From Ferroacidibacillus organovorans (GTDB taxonomy: Bacteria > Bacillota > Bacilli > Alicyclobacillales > SLC66): a stretch of 64,000 bases of DNA. Positions 1-9,609 of this stretch are shown in pieces (the stretch's first letter is position 1; each line of letters opens with the position of its first letter). The stretch is from the NCBI RefSeq assembly GCF_001642725.1, contig NZ_LSUQ01000003.1:1-64000 (forward strand). The letters are read 5' to 3'. Under the pieces are notes generated by a model, which ran no database searches, was not told the origin of the DNA, and was given only the letters and a program-made list of their open reading frames with translations. A program made the position numbers and the translations under genes.

Positions 1-69
1 TTTTGGGGTGGTCAACTTTTCAGTTGTCAAAGAACGCCCACGTGGTCAACTATTAAGTTATCAAACACA

Positions 70-639
70 ATGAGGAAACTCGTATTGTTCATGCATGTCT
101 CGCTTGACGGGTATGCGTCGGATTCGAACGGAGGATTGGATTGGATTCCGTACAACGAGGAATTCGAGAAATATGCCGAGGAGGTCGTAGCCCAAGTCGG
201 CTCTCCAGTTTACGGACGCACAACATATCGGTTAATGGAGAGCTATTGGCCCACGGTGCTGGACAATCCAAATGCGTCGAAGCACAGTATGGATCATGCC
301 AATTGGCTGCAGGATGTAAAGAAAATCGTCATTTCCGGCACGATGGACGATGCGGAATGGAATAATACGATGCTGATCAAGGACAATATCGCAAAGGAAA
401 TCAATGCACTCAAGGAACAGCCAGGCAAGAATCTCGTCATCTTTGGCAGCCCGGGGGCGGCGAAGACGCTGCTTCAGCTCGGCCTGATCGACGAATTCCT
501 TCTGACGATTTGTCCGGTCGTCTTGGGTGGCGGAAAATCGGTTTTTGACGGCGGCGGCGAGAAAATCAGGCTCAAATTGCTGTCCAGCCGGACGCTCAAG
601 GCAGGCGTTATCGCGGCCCGTTACGACTTGGTAAAGTAG
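70..639 (+). CDS. Dihydrofolate reductase/RibD C-terminal family protein
   Basis: N-terminal MRKLVLFMHVSLDGY, GRTTY, and GLIDEFLLTICPVVLGGG motifs typical of RibD_C proteins. Confidence 0.9.
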   Translation: MRKLVLFMHVSLDGYASDSNGGLDWIPYNEEFEKYAEEVVAQVGSPVYGRTTYRLMESYWPTVLDNPNASKHSMDHANWLQDVKKIVISGTMDDAEWNNTMLIKDNIAKEINALKEQPGKNLVIFGSPGAAKTLLQLGLIDEFLLTICPVVLGGGKSVFDGGGEKIRLKLLSSRTLKAGVIAARYDLVK

Positions 640-849
640 TTGCACCGTTCAACCTGAACGGCCTCTCGCGATAAGGTAAGTCAAAATAGGCGAACAGACC
701 TCCTCAATAACCCGGGGTGAAACGTTCAGCATGCGGTCCATCGTTGAACTAACGGGCACGAAACTGCAAGAAGGTCCTTCTCTCGACTGGATAAAGTGGG
801 ATTATCCGATATTCCCATGGCGTCCAGGTAATCCCCCTGAATTGGAATC

Positions 850-1035
850 AGTATCAATATCCCGGTTGCGGGTTGGGCAGTGAGAAGTCCGTCGAACTGA
901 AGCTGATCGGGTAACTGCCATCGAATTGAAGCTTCAGGTTTTTTAGCACCTGTGAGTCGCCGCTCGAGTCGGGGATGGTGAACTGCGACGAGTGCATCGT
1001 GTGCGACGAGTTCCCCGTGTACGTCATCGTTACTG
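850..1035 (-). pseudogene. Fragment of a secreted/lipoprotein gene (DUF4352-like), paralogous to 3546-3800
   Basis: 882-945 aligns at DNA level with 3577-3645 (GAGAAGTCC...CTGATCGGGTA.CTGCC.TCGA...AAGCTTCAGG); frame disrupted; family call tentative. Confidence 0.5.
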
Positions 1036-1159
1036 GACGATGGAGTGGGTGCCTTTGGCAGTGTCGCTCAGTCCATACGCGATGTCTCCGGCGGACTGGG
1101 CCAAGCTTACGCCGATACGCTTGGCGACGACGTTTTCGCTCCCTTGCGAAGGAGCCTCA

Positions 1160-1491
1160 TCAGACCTGCGAGACCAGCAGGAGAGCGGGAAGCACACCGA
1201 ATAGGCTGATCGAGATGATGATTCCGATGCCGCTGATGAGCAGTAGCAACCCTCCAAGTTTCGCCTTGAACTTGACGACGATCGCGCCGACGATTGCGCC
1301 GACGATTGCGACGACGATTGCGACGACGATTGCGACGACGATTGCCATGGCCGCGAAAACGAACGCTGCGGCGCCGAGTCCGATACGGCCTTGTCGACTG
1401 CGCCGAACGCCAGTGCGAAAAACGTACCGCCGAAACCGAAAATACCGCCTATGAGTCCGAGTACAAATTCTGTCGTGCGGCTCAAAATCAT
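1160..1491 (-). pseudogene. Frameshifted DUF4064-like membrane protein
   Basis: SRTTEFVLGLIGGIFGF in one frame and GLGAAAFVF...VVKFKAKLGGLLLLIS in another; frameshift near 1385. Confidence 0.7.
1277..1348. repeat. 12-bp tandem repeat, about 6 units (GACGATTGCGAC/GACGATTGCGCC)
   Basis: Read directly; encodes (V/G)AIV repeats on the minus strand. Confidence 0.9.
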
Positions 1492-1750
1492 GACCCCAAT
1501 CCTTTTTTTGTTTCGAAGCCACCGGAAAAACGCTGTGGCGTACGGCAACCTCGCGAGAGGCAGAATGCGATGACCGTCGAAGGTCGGCGTCAGGCGGATG
1601 TTCAGCGCAGAGACGCATTAGTCCCTGTCCGTGCCAGAACAACTGGGGCAGGTGACCTTCTTGTCCCCGCCGCGTTTGTGGCATTCGTGTCCGCTCACCT
1701 CGCAAAACCAGTACCACCCCGATGTGGTGAAACTAAATCTCCCTGATGGA

Positions 1751-1832
1751 GGCTAGGTTTTTTGATGCCGAGATGCGCAGGTAGATTGATGTGGTCAGTC
1801 AACGTATAATTTAGGGGAAGGTGTTTCCAGTT
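1751..1832. repeat. Dispersed repeat copy A (3' part)
   Basis: Near-identical to 3929-4010. Confidence 0.9.
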
Positions 1833-1968
1833 CGCGAATGTATTGACAGGCAGTAATCATCAAGAGTGATTTTTCTTTTGTACATAAAGCCACTCCACAA
1901 GTTGGAATGGAATTAAGTGTGGTGTGATGTCTTCCAATTAGATGTACAAGAAGGAGGATGCTTCATAA

Positions 1969-2601
1969 ATGAAGCGATATAAGCAATTTGCAGTAGCGGG
2001 AGTGGCATTGAGTACTGTCGGAGTTCTTGCGGGCTGTGGTACTGTTAACACTACAACGAGTGGAAGTACATCAACAAACACCATTAATCAGGCAGGAACA
2101 TGGAAAACCTACACGAATGATCGTTTTGGTTTCTCGGTTGAGTATCCATCTACTTGGAAGACGGGTCCTCGTTCGAATGATGGGGATGGGAGATACTTCA
2201 CTACCCCTTCCGGCATGGCTTCATTTCACAACGGTTATGGTTTAGGCGTAGCTAAATCAGATGTGATGCTTGTAGCTGTAGGGACTCCCAATGCGGTCAT
2301 GGGCAGCGGGAATGGATACAACTTCAAAAAGATGGTTGCCGCATTCAAGGGGAATATTCCCAATAAACGTAGACAACAAAGATTTATTTCGGAGAGCTAC
2401 ACTGTTGTTCCGAATAAATGGATAGTTGACACCTTAGTTACAAAGCTCGGATACGGTGGAATTCAGTACTCGGAGATGTATATAAGCCTTAACACAAACC
2501 AAACCATCACGATGATTTTCCCTGAAAGCAAATCTAATGTTTATCTACCAATCTGGAATTATGTATCAAAAAAATTCCGACCGGGTAACAAGTCCGGTTA
2601 A
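1969..2601 (+). CDS. Putative lipoprotein with PsbP-like domain
   Basis: RBS AGGAGG; lipobox LAGC; Thr/Ser linker; WKTYTNDRFGFSVEYPSTW motif. Confidence 0.75.
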   Translation: MKRYKQFAVAGVALSTVGVLAGCGTVNTTTSGSTSTNTINQAGTWKTYTNDRFGFSVEYPSTWKTGPRSNDGDGRYFTTPSGMASFHNGYGLGVAKSDVMLVAVGTPNAVMGSGNGYNFKKMVAAFKGNIPNKRRQQRFISESYTVVPNKWIVDTLVTKLGYGGIQYSEMYISLNTNQTITMIFPESKSNVYLPIWNYVSKKFRPGNKSG

Positions 2602-2898
2602 TTCGACTTTGAATTCAAGCCCCCTTCCTCCGTTCGGGAGAACGGCTGTTTTCCACCTAGCACTCCCCTCTGAAACCTCAATAAACCAAATTTATCTCGG
2701 GCGGAAAATGAGATCGACGTTTATTCAGCGGGTGCATTAGCTGTATAACGGTGCCAGTGCATTGCATGATGATCCGGCGCATCGTTGTTGCCTTTTTGGC
2801 GCTCAAGGGCAGTAATCCTGAATTAGATCGGGTGTTTTGTTATAGCAGGAATTTTGAATAAAATGGAACCGGACCTCTGCGAGCTGGAGGAAGAATCA

Positions 2899-3197
2899 AT
2901 GGGTCAATACGATGCCTTTGCGAAGGAATACGACCAGGCCGTTAGCCATCGACGCCAGTAATCATGGGTAAGAATTCAGTACTCTTACAGATCCTACGAT
3001 AATGATCGCTTATGGTATGGTGCCGGAATAGGGTGTTGCTGGCGCAAGAATTCATTCGCTTCGTCGGTCGGATTATGAATAATGAAGAGAATCTTGTGAG
3101 CCATGATGTGTTGCCAATTGTGATTCAAAGAACGCTTACGTCACTTTTTCAGGGAGACATCCAATGGGTTAGTTCATTTGAGGTACAAGACCCGTAA
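2899..3197 (+). pseudogene. Degenerate gene remnant, possibly a methyltransferase N-terminus
   Basis: RBS GGAGG then MGQYDAFAKEYDQAV followed by an early stop. Confidence 0.3.
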
Positions 3198-3304
3198 TCT
3201 TTACTGATCAACGGACATAAGTGTTCAGTAACATGCTTTCTTTTTTATGGAGATATAATGAGAAATGTGATATTTCTTCAGTGACATCGATGGGAGTAGC
3301 AAGA

Positions 3305-3545
3305 ATGGATGTAACGATACGGAGAGCTACAAGGGATGAAGCCAGCACGTTGACTTCGATCGTATTAGCATCAAAAGCTGTTTGGGGCTATGATGAATCG
3401 TTTATGGAGAAGTGTCGTGAGGAACTTACGATAACCATTGGTTACACATACGGTCATGTGAAGTCTTTGTCGCTGTGCTCGATGAGCAAATTGCTGGATT
3501 CTACGGACTGACTGTAGAAGAGCCGAATGGGGTGGTGGTTTATCT
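3305..3545 (+). pseudogene. Frameshifted, truncated GNAT acetyltransferase
   Basis: MDVTIRRA...LASKAVWGYDESFMEKCREELTIT is a typical GNAT N-terminus; frame breaks near 3450 and the gene abuts the fragment at 3546. Confidence 0.65.
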
Positions 3546-3800
3546 CTATGTGTCCTCCGACTGCAGGTTTGGCTGCGAGAAGTCCACGGAGCTGAAACTG
3601 ATCGGGTAGCTGCCGTCGACCTTAAGCTTCAGGTTCTTCAGCCCCGGCGGGATGCCAAAGTCGATGTAGCCGATCTCGGACACTCCCGGATTGAGCTGAT
3701 CGAGGCTGAAGCTCGAACCGCTGCTGTTCATGTCGATCGTCTCGGATGAGGAAGCGCTGTCCTCAACTGTGAGCGTATTTTGCGCTACAAACCGTTGCAC
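3546..3800 (-). pseudogene. Fragment of a secreted/lipoprotein gene (DUF4352-like)
   Basis: Higher-GC fragment, LNPGVSEIGYIDFGIPPG; no credible start; paralog remnant at 850-1035. Confidence 0.5.
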
Positions 3801-3857
3801 TGTCGATCTACACTGAAAACTGACCGCATAACCTCCATGGAAAAATTAGGTTATGTA

Positions 3858-4010
3858 TACGATCGCTTAGCGAGCCACCTTTTGAATATCAATGTGATAA
3901 ACAAAGATGGTGCTAAAGATCAGGCGGGGGCTGGGTTTTTTGATGCCGAGGTGCGCAGGTAGATCGATGTGGTCAGTCAACGTATAATTTAAGGGAAGGT
4001 GTTCCCAGTT
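3858..4010. repeat. Dispersed repeat copy B (longest, about 150 bp)
   Basis: 5' part matches 5391-5480, 3' part matches 1751-1832. Confidence 0.9.
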
Positions 4011-4131
4011 TACTATTGTATTAACGGTCAAGAATTCGTGATAGGTTTGCTGAATCATGCTTCCGTTTATGAACCGTTTTTTAAGCGAATCAGCATGCGA
4101 AGAGCGCTTGATCCACAAGGAGGTATGGGAC

Positions 4132-4569
4132 ATGAAAATCCATCGAATCGATCATGTGAGTGTAAACGTAAATGATCTTTCAGCAGCTAAAGCATTTTTT
4201 CTCGATTTGGGACTTGAAGTGCATGGGGAATGGGAAATGGAAGGAGAGTGGTTGGGTCGGGTAATTGGACTTACTGACGTTAAAACGGCATGTGTTGGAT
4301 TGCGAACGCCAGATGGTCAGGCATGGATAGAGCTAGTCAAATTTTACACGCCATCAGATGAACAAGATATTCAGATACCCTTTGCAAATACGCTGGGTAT
4401 CCGACATATTGCATTTGCTGTTGAAGATATTGAAGCCATTGTTGCCAAATTGAAAAAGAAGGGCACGGAAATCTTTAGTGAGATACAGCAATATGAAGAA
4501 AGTTATAAGTTATGCTACGTTCGTGGACCAGAGGGAATTATTTTGGAGTTGGCGGAGCAAATCAAATAA
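4132..4569 (+). CDS. VOC/glyoxalase family protein
   Basis: RBS AAGGAGG before ATG 4132; IDHVSVNV, GIRHIAFAV, GPEGIILELAE. Confidence 0.9.
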   Translation: MKIHRIDHVSVNVNDLSAAKAFFLDLGLEVHGEWEMEGEWLGRVIGLTDVKTACVGLRTPDGQAWIELVKFYTPSDEQDIQIPFANTLGIRHIAFAVEDIEAIVAKLKKKGTEIFSEIQQYEESYKLCYVRGPEGIILELAEQIK

Positions 4570-4686
4570 AAAGATGATATGCTGACACACATAGAGAAAC
4601 ACTTTCGGTTGTCTCAATCACACTGTATATCCTTCAACTGGACGATTGCTGCGTTAGCGGGCAGATTAACGACATACGGAGAATAG

Positions 4687-4744
4687 AAAGAGCCCACAGC
4701 GACGTGGGGGGACTGGTCTGACCCCATGGCGCTGTGGGCTCTTT
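4687..4744. terminator. Bidirectional terminator-like hairpin
   Basis: AAAGAGCCCACAGCG / CGCTGTGGGCTCTTT between convergent genes. Confidence 0.75.
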
Positions 4745-4761
4745 GTATCGGTTGATTGCCC

Positions 4762-4974
4762 TTATTGAGCAATATGACCTAAGTGCATTTTTACAACTGC
4801 TATGCTGTTGGCATTTAGGATGTATTGGGCATCAGGTGCACTAAACTTGATGATGTTCTTTTGAATGTCGAATTGTACATTATCCCCTCCGTGAATCTCA
4901 AAGGTAGACCCACCAACAGTTATGATCAATTCTCCCCAACGTTTTAGTTCTTCTTGAAGAAAAGATACATCCAT
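4762..4974 (-). CDS. Small hypothetical protein (70 aa)
   Basis: RBS GGAGG upstream; protein-like composition. Confidence 0.7.
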   Translation of the reverse strand: MDVSFLQEELKRWGELIITVGGSTFEIHGGDNVQFDIQKNIIKFSAPDAQYILNANSIAVVKMHLGHIAQ

Positions 4975-5058
4975 TTTGAAATCGCCTCCGTAAATCAGTA
5001 TGACCGACTAGGAATTTATCTATTCACAAGGGAATGCTGTAATCGTGTGTAAAGTATA

Positions 5059-5380
5059 TTGAGAATCGGTGTAGCTGAATTTATGGTTCCGTTCGCATTA
5101 GCTGCCGGCTTATCAGGAACGGTATCTCAAACTTCTTTAAGTAGTGATTCCTGGGATGTCCGAAATAGTCGCAGGCTGTACTCCCATAGGATTGGGCGGA
5201 TATCTCCCTGCCAATACGGTCCTCGTGATTTCCGTGATAATTACATTGATAGCCTTGTTTATTTTCGAATTTGTGAGAGGCAGATTCGCAGGGGTCAATC
5301 AATTCAAGAGTGCAATTCAAACATTGCTGGTGGGCGGCATTGCTGCTGCCGCTGCTTTTGCGGTACGGATACAAAAATAG
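5059..5380 (+). pseudogene. VIT1/CCC1 transporter remnant
   Basis: VPFALAAGLSG and KSAIQTLLVGGIAAAAAF in different frames; middle of the protein missing. Confidence 0.7.
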
Positions 5381-5390
5381 CTGATAAGAT

Positions 5391-5489
5391 TACGATCGCT
5401 TAGCGAGCCACCTTTTGAATATCGATGTGATAAACAAAAATGGAGCTAAAGATCAGGCAGGGCTGGTTTTTTGATGCCGGGGTGGTCAG
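5391..5489. repeat. Dispersed repeat copy C (5' part)
   Basis: TACGATCGCTTAGCGAGCCACCTTTTGAATATC... shared with 3858. Confidence 0.9.
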
Positions 5490-5725
5490 ACAATGGAAAT
5501 GCATGATCTTATGTCAAAAGCGAGCAGATAAACTTAAACGGATGGTATCATTCTATGCAGAGTGATTCATCGGAGGCTGTGAAATGAAACTTATGGGCAA
5601 TGAAATTTACAATTCATCATGTGCAAGAGCTGTTATGCGTTAAAATCATGATCAGACACAAGCTCAGTTGGTACAGGCAAAAAAACGTTTCAATCATAAA
5701 AAACGCATGCCTGAGGAGGATGTCG

Positions 5726-6097
5726 ATGGGTATTCATTTGAAACGAGTCTATGAAGCACCCGCTGAGGAGGATGGACAGAGGATTCTGGTGGACAGGCTT
5801 TGGCCGCGGGGACTGACGAAAGAGACTGCCCGAATCGATGTGTGGATGAAGGATGTCGCTCCGAGTCACGAACTACGGAAGTGGTTTCACCACGATTCAT
5901 CACGCTGGGAAGCGTTTGTCGAGCGATACTGCGTGGAACTGGTCGATCGTCCCGAGGCCGCCGCGTGCATCAAAACGTTGCGCGAGGCTGCTGCTGCAGG
6001 TGCTTTGACCCTGGTGTTTAGTGCAAAAGATGTAGACAGGAACAATGCGACGGTGCTTCGTGACGTGTTGCAACAAAATCGAGTCACGGATGATTAA
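5726..6097 (+). CDS. DUF488/YeaO family protein
   Basis: LKRVYE...RILVDRLWPRG...APSHELRKWF; RBS GAGGAGG. Confidence 0.9.
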   Translation: MGIHLKRVYEAPAEEDGQRILVDRLWPRGLTKETARIDVWMKDVAPSHELRKWFHHDSSRWEAFVERYCVELVDRPEAAACIKTLREAAAAGALTLVFSAKDVDRNNATVLRDVLQQNRVTDD

Positions 6098-6351
6098 GAC
6101 CAGCACGGGGCTCTGTGAATAAAAGTGTCTGTTCACTCACGATCATGCAGGTTAAAGAGGGGCGACTCGTCCATCGCAGCGAGAATTCATCTTCCTTGCG
6201 AGGCCTTATTTTGACGGAATGGGACGTGGACTACGCAATGGGATCGGCGTATAATTGAAACAGATGGTTTTGTTTTTCTAATACAGTTTTGGACAGAAAC
6301 CTTGAATAAGGAAGCCGTGCTGACTCTTTTTCCAATCATTAGAGTATAAGG

Positions 6352-7863
6352 ATGGTTATGATGAACAACTCACAGAAGAAAACAGACGTCATCTTAATCG
6401 GTGCCGGAATCATGAGCGCGACGTTGGGATCACTGCTAAAAGAATTGGCGCCGGATTGGACCATCAAGGTGTTTGAGAAACTCGACGACGCGGGAGAAGA
6501 GAGCTCAAACGAATGGAACAACGCAGGTACTGGACACTCGGCATTGTGTGAACTCAATTATACCCCTGAAGATTCCGATGGATCGATCGATATAAGTAAA
6601 GCGATAAAAATTAATGAACAGTTTCAGCTTTCAAGACAGTTTTGGTCGCATCTTGTAAAATGCAATTTGATTCGTAACCCGCGTGACTTTATCAGACCCA
6701 TTCCTCATATGAGTTTGGTACAAACGGAGAGCGATGTAGCATTTTTGAAAAAACGGTTTGAGGCACTGTCTGGCAATCCGTTGTTTCAAGGGATGGAATT
6801 TTCCGATGACCCGGAGAAACTGAAGGATTGGATTCCGCTTATCATGGAAGGCCGTTCATCGAAAGAACCGATTGCGGCAACTAAAATGGACTCTGGAACG
6901 GATGTCAATTTCGGCGCTTTAACGCGCATGATGTTTGATCATTTGAAAGACAAGGGTGTAGAGATAAATTATAGGCATCGTGTTGACGACATAAAACGCA
7001 CTGACGACGGGTCGTGGGAAGTAAAGGTGAGTGATCTCGGCAGTGGTAAAAATGATTGCCATTCTGCAAAATTCATTTTTATCGGCGGCGGAGGAAGCAG
7101 CCTGCTTCTGCTTCAAAAAACGGGTATTCCAGAATCAAAACACATTGGGGGATTCCCGGTAAGTGGACTCTTTATGGTTTGTAATAACCCCAAAGTGGTG
7201 GCACGTCATCACGCGAAGGTATATGGCAAGGCCAAGGTTGGCGCTCCGCCAATGTCTGTTCCGCATCTTGACACAAGATACATCGACAATAAAGAGACAT
7301 TGCTGTTTGGACCGTTTGCCGGTTTCTCGCCAAAATTTTTAAAGACAGGATCGAATTTTGATCTGATCGACTCTGTAAAACCGAATAATGTCTTTACGAT
7401 GTTGGCGGCAGGTGTGAAAGAGAGGGCATTGACGAAATACCTGATTCAACAGGTAATGTTATCGCATGAACAGCGTATGGAATTGTTGCGCGAGTTTATC
7501 CCGACCGCCAAAAGCGAGGATTGGGACATCGCACAGTCGGGTACGCGCGTGCAAGTGATCAAAGATACGCAGACCAGCGGTAAAGGTACGCTTCAATTCG
7601 GCACAGAAGTGATTTGTGCCTCAGATGGATCGATCGCGGCGTTGCTCGGCGCTTCACCTGGCGCCTCTACGGCTGTTTACGTCATGCTTGAGGTATTAGA
7701 AAAGTGTTTCCCAGAGCAAATGAAAGCGTGGGAATCCAAAATAAAAGAAATGATTCCAACGTTTGGTGTTTCGCTTTTAGAGAATGTAGCGCTGTTTCAA
7801 GAAATACAAACGACAACCGCGCAGACGCTTGGTTTGAATGAAAAGAAGCCGGTCTTTAGTTAA
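6352..7863 (+). CDS. mqo: Malate:quinone oxidoreductase
   Basis: [54 protein letters not shown]. Confidence 0.97.
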   Translation: MVMMNNSQKKTDVILIGAGIMSATLGSLLKELAPDWTIKVFEKLDDAGEESSNEWNNAGTGHSALCELNYTPEDSDGSIDISKAIKINEQFQLSRQFWSHLVKCNLIRNPRDFIRPIPHMSLVQTESDVAFLKKRFEALSGNPLFQGMEFSDDPEKLKDWIPLIMEGRSSKEPIAATKMDSGTDVNFGALTRMMFDHLKDKGVEINYRHRVDDIKRTDDGSWEVKVSDLGSGKNDCHSAKFIFIGGGGSSLLLLQKTGIPESKHIGGFPVSGLFMVCNNPKVVARHHAKVYGKAKVGAPPMSVPHLDTRYIDNKETLLFGPFAGFSPKFLKTGSNFDLIDSVKPNNVFTMLAAGVKERALTKYLIQQVMLSHEQRMELLREFIPTAKSEDWDIAQSGTRVQVIKDTQTSGKGTLQFGTEVICASDGSIAALLGASPGASTAVYVMLEVLEKCFPEQMKAWESKIKEMIPTFGVSLLENVALFQEIQTTTAQTLGLNEKKPVFS

Positions 7864-8083
7864 TTCACTCTGGGGCTTCCTTAGACTGAGGTGCTGCAAC
7901 CTTCGGTTCCTGCGTGGTTTTACACAATCTAAGAATTGCTGAACGGGCTCATCCGGCCAGAGGCGAAAATGACACTCTCAATGATGGTGAGACGACAGTC
8001 GCAATGAGCCCTAACATGGATTCTGTTACTCATGTGTTTGGTGATTGCCTCGCGGATGCCCGCGCAGGGCGTTCAATTAACGC

Positions 8084-8344
8084 TCACAGCTTCATCACGC
8101 GCAACCGCCAGTGTCCAGGCTCAACCTCTGCTACCGCCACGCGAAGTCCCAGACCTTCAAGGGCTGCAATGAGCGGGCCAGTCCGGTGTGGCACATAAAC
8201 TTCGCACAGTGTTCCGCGAGGGGACTCGTCGACCAGTTTTAGAATTTCGTGTCTTGGATGAAACCCCTTCCGAATCGCATCGCGGGCGTCAATCGTCAGG
8301 CGTGCATCCCCACGTTCGACCGTCAACAGATCCATCAGGTCCAT
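8084..8344 (-). CDS. Small conserved protein, DUF2249/TusA-like fold
   Basis: IDAR...HPRHEIL...VPHRTGPLI...EPGHWRL pattern; RBS AAGGAGG. Confidence 0.6.
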   Translation of the reverse strand: MDLMDLLTVERGDARLTIDARDAIRKGFHPRHEILKLVDESPRGTLCEVYVPHRTGPLIAALEGLGLRVAVAEVEPGHWRLRVMKL

Positions 8345-8365
8345 GTTGATGCCTCCTTATTGGAA

Positions 8366-8704
8366 TTACGCAGGGTGCTTACTTTGCGCTTCTTGTTTTG
8401 CGGTATTGTACAGCGCTGCCATTCCGCCATAGAGCGTATAGAAAAAGGCGTCCGGCGCGTCAAGAGAGAACGAGTTGTAATTTCTCGGATCCATACCGAG
8501 CACGAATTCAAACAGCTTAGCGCTGTCGTATGCGTAAAAGCAGAAATTCGTATAGTCAAATGCGGGCATTTTCTCATAGATGGTGACAATGTCCGACGAG
8601 TACGTCAGAATATCTCGTGCGGCTTCATCAACCATTTTCACGGCATCCACGAGTTCAACTGAGATCCGGATGGTTTTCTCATTCACGATATCTATTTTCG
8701 CCAC
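8366..8704 (-). CDS. Conserved hypothetical protein
   Basis: GTG start with RBS AAGGGG; co-oriented in a tight operon. Confidence 0.75.
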   Translation of the reverse strand: MAKIDIVNEKTIRISVELVDAVKMVDEAARDILTYSSDIVTIYEKMPAFDYTNFCFYAYDSAKLFEFVLGMDPRNYNSFSLDAPDAFFYTLYGGMAALYNTAKQEAQSKHPA

Positions 8705-8728
8705 AGTGATCCCCTTTCGCGCTACCGT

Positions 8729-9094
8729 CTAATAAGAGAAGACAAAAACGCCTACCCGCAGCGCCTCCTGATAGGCGGTTAGAGATATCAACTCATCTTT
8801 CATCGGCTCTAGTGGCCGGATCTGAAGATATCCGTCGTCTGCTGTGTCCAGATTCGCAGCGCCAAGTAATGTCCCTTTTGCTACAAGCGAGACAATCACA
8901 GATAATCCCCACCATAGCGCCGGATCCTCTACACCCTCGACTCCAGCCATTTCTTTCACGCGAAACACCCATTCATACGGCATGTGGGCTAAATTGATCA
9001 CATGCCGCAATTTCTGGTTTTGCTTGATGACAAACACACGACGATAGCCGTGCGGCACGTGGCCTACTGGCAGCCACTCGACGCTGGCTGTCAT
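8729..9094 (-). CDS. Hypothetical protein
   Basis: ATGA overlap with the upstream DUF2249 gene (translational coupling). Confidence 0.7.
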   Translation of the reverse strand: MTASVEWLPVGHVPHGYRRVFVIKQNQKLRHVINLAHMPYEWVFRVKEMAGVEGVEDPALWWGLSVIVSLVAKGTLLGAANLDTADDGYLQIRPLEPMKDELISLTAYQEALRVGVFVFSY

Positions 9095-9330
9095 GCGCCG
9101 ACACGACCGATGTGAATGCGAAAGGTCTCGGGTCCGCGCTCAATGTACTCCCATGAGAATATTCCTGAGCGTTCCAATTCAAACTGATAACGCAACGGTT
9201 GCGGATCGTGGTCATTGATCAGGAGCATCGCTTCTCCTGGTTTCAGGCTGTCGAATGTTTCAAAGATCACCTTGTGTTTCTGGTGCGGAGGATATTCTGT
9301 CGCATTGACTGTCGCTTGGAACTCACTCAT
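9091..9330 (-). CDS. DUF2249 domain protein
   Basis: KHKVIFETFDSLKPGE...LINDHDPQPL...WEYIERGPE; RBS GGAGG. Confidence 0.9.
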   Translation of the reverse strand: MSEFQATVNATEYPPHQKHKVIFETFDSLKPGEAMLLINDHDPQPLRYQFELERSGIFSWEYIERGPETFRIHIGRVGA

Positions 9331-9399
9331 GGGTAATTCCCTCCTGAATAGAAAGTTGACTTCACAACTCGCATTTTACGTCACCTGATGGACCAGGAT

Positions 9400-9415
9400 C
9401 GTGATTCATATCACA
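9400..9415. promoter_or_regulatory. Fnr/Crp-type box
   Basis: CGTGA-TTCATA-TCACA versus consensus TGTGA-N6-TCACA. Confidence 0.6.
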
Positions 9416-9480
9416 CAGTGACATTTTGGAATGAGGTGGCGTCAAAGCCTCAACTCAGGCGAATGCGGAGGCATAGGGGG

Positions 9481-9496
9481 TGTGACTCAAAGCACA
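9481..9496. promoter_or_regulatory. Second Fnr/Crp-type box
   Basis: TGTGA-CTCAAA-GCACA. Confidence 0.45.
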
Positions 9497-9609
9497 ATCT
9501 GCTGAGTCGACATGTGTTAGTCTGACCGCATAGGAGAATTATCTTCGCGGAACGTCACAGCAGAGAAGAAATTCTCATGGGTAGAGAGAAGAGAGCGAGG
9601 CGGTGAGTC

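Noticed and set aside
1610..1725. Minus-strand VTCPSCSGT, resembling a DnaJ-type zinc-finger remnant
   Set aside because: Too short and disrupted to call
975..1746. Plus-strand ORFs with TIAT and RRRL repeats
   Set aside because: Shadow frames of the 12-bp repeat in the minus-strand DUF4064-like pseudogene
1277..5489. Repeats considered as a CRISPR array
   Set aside because: No regular repeat-spacer periodicity and no cas genes
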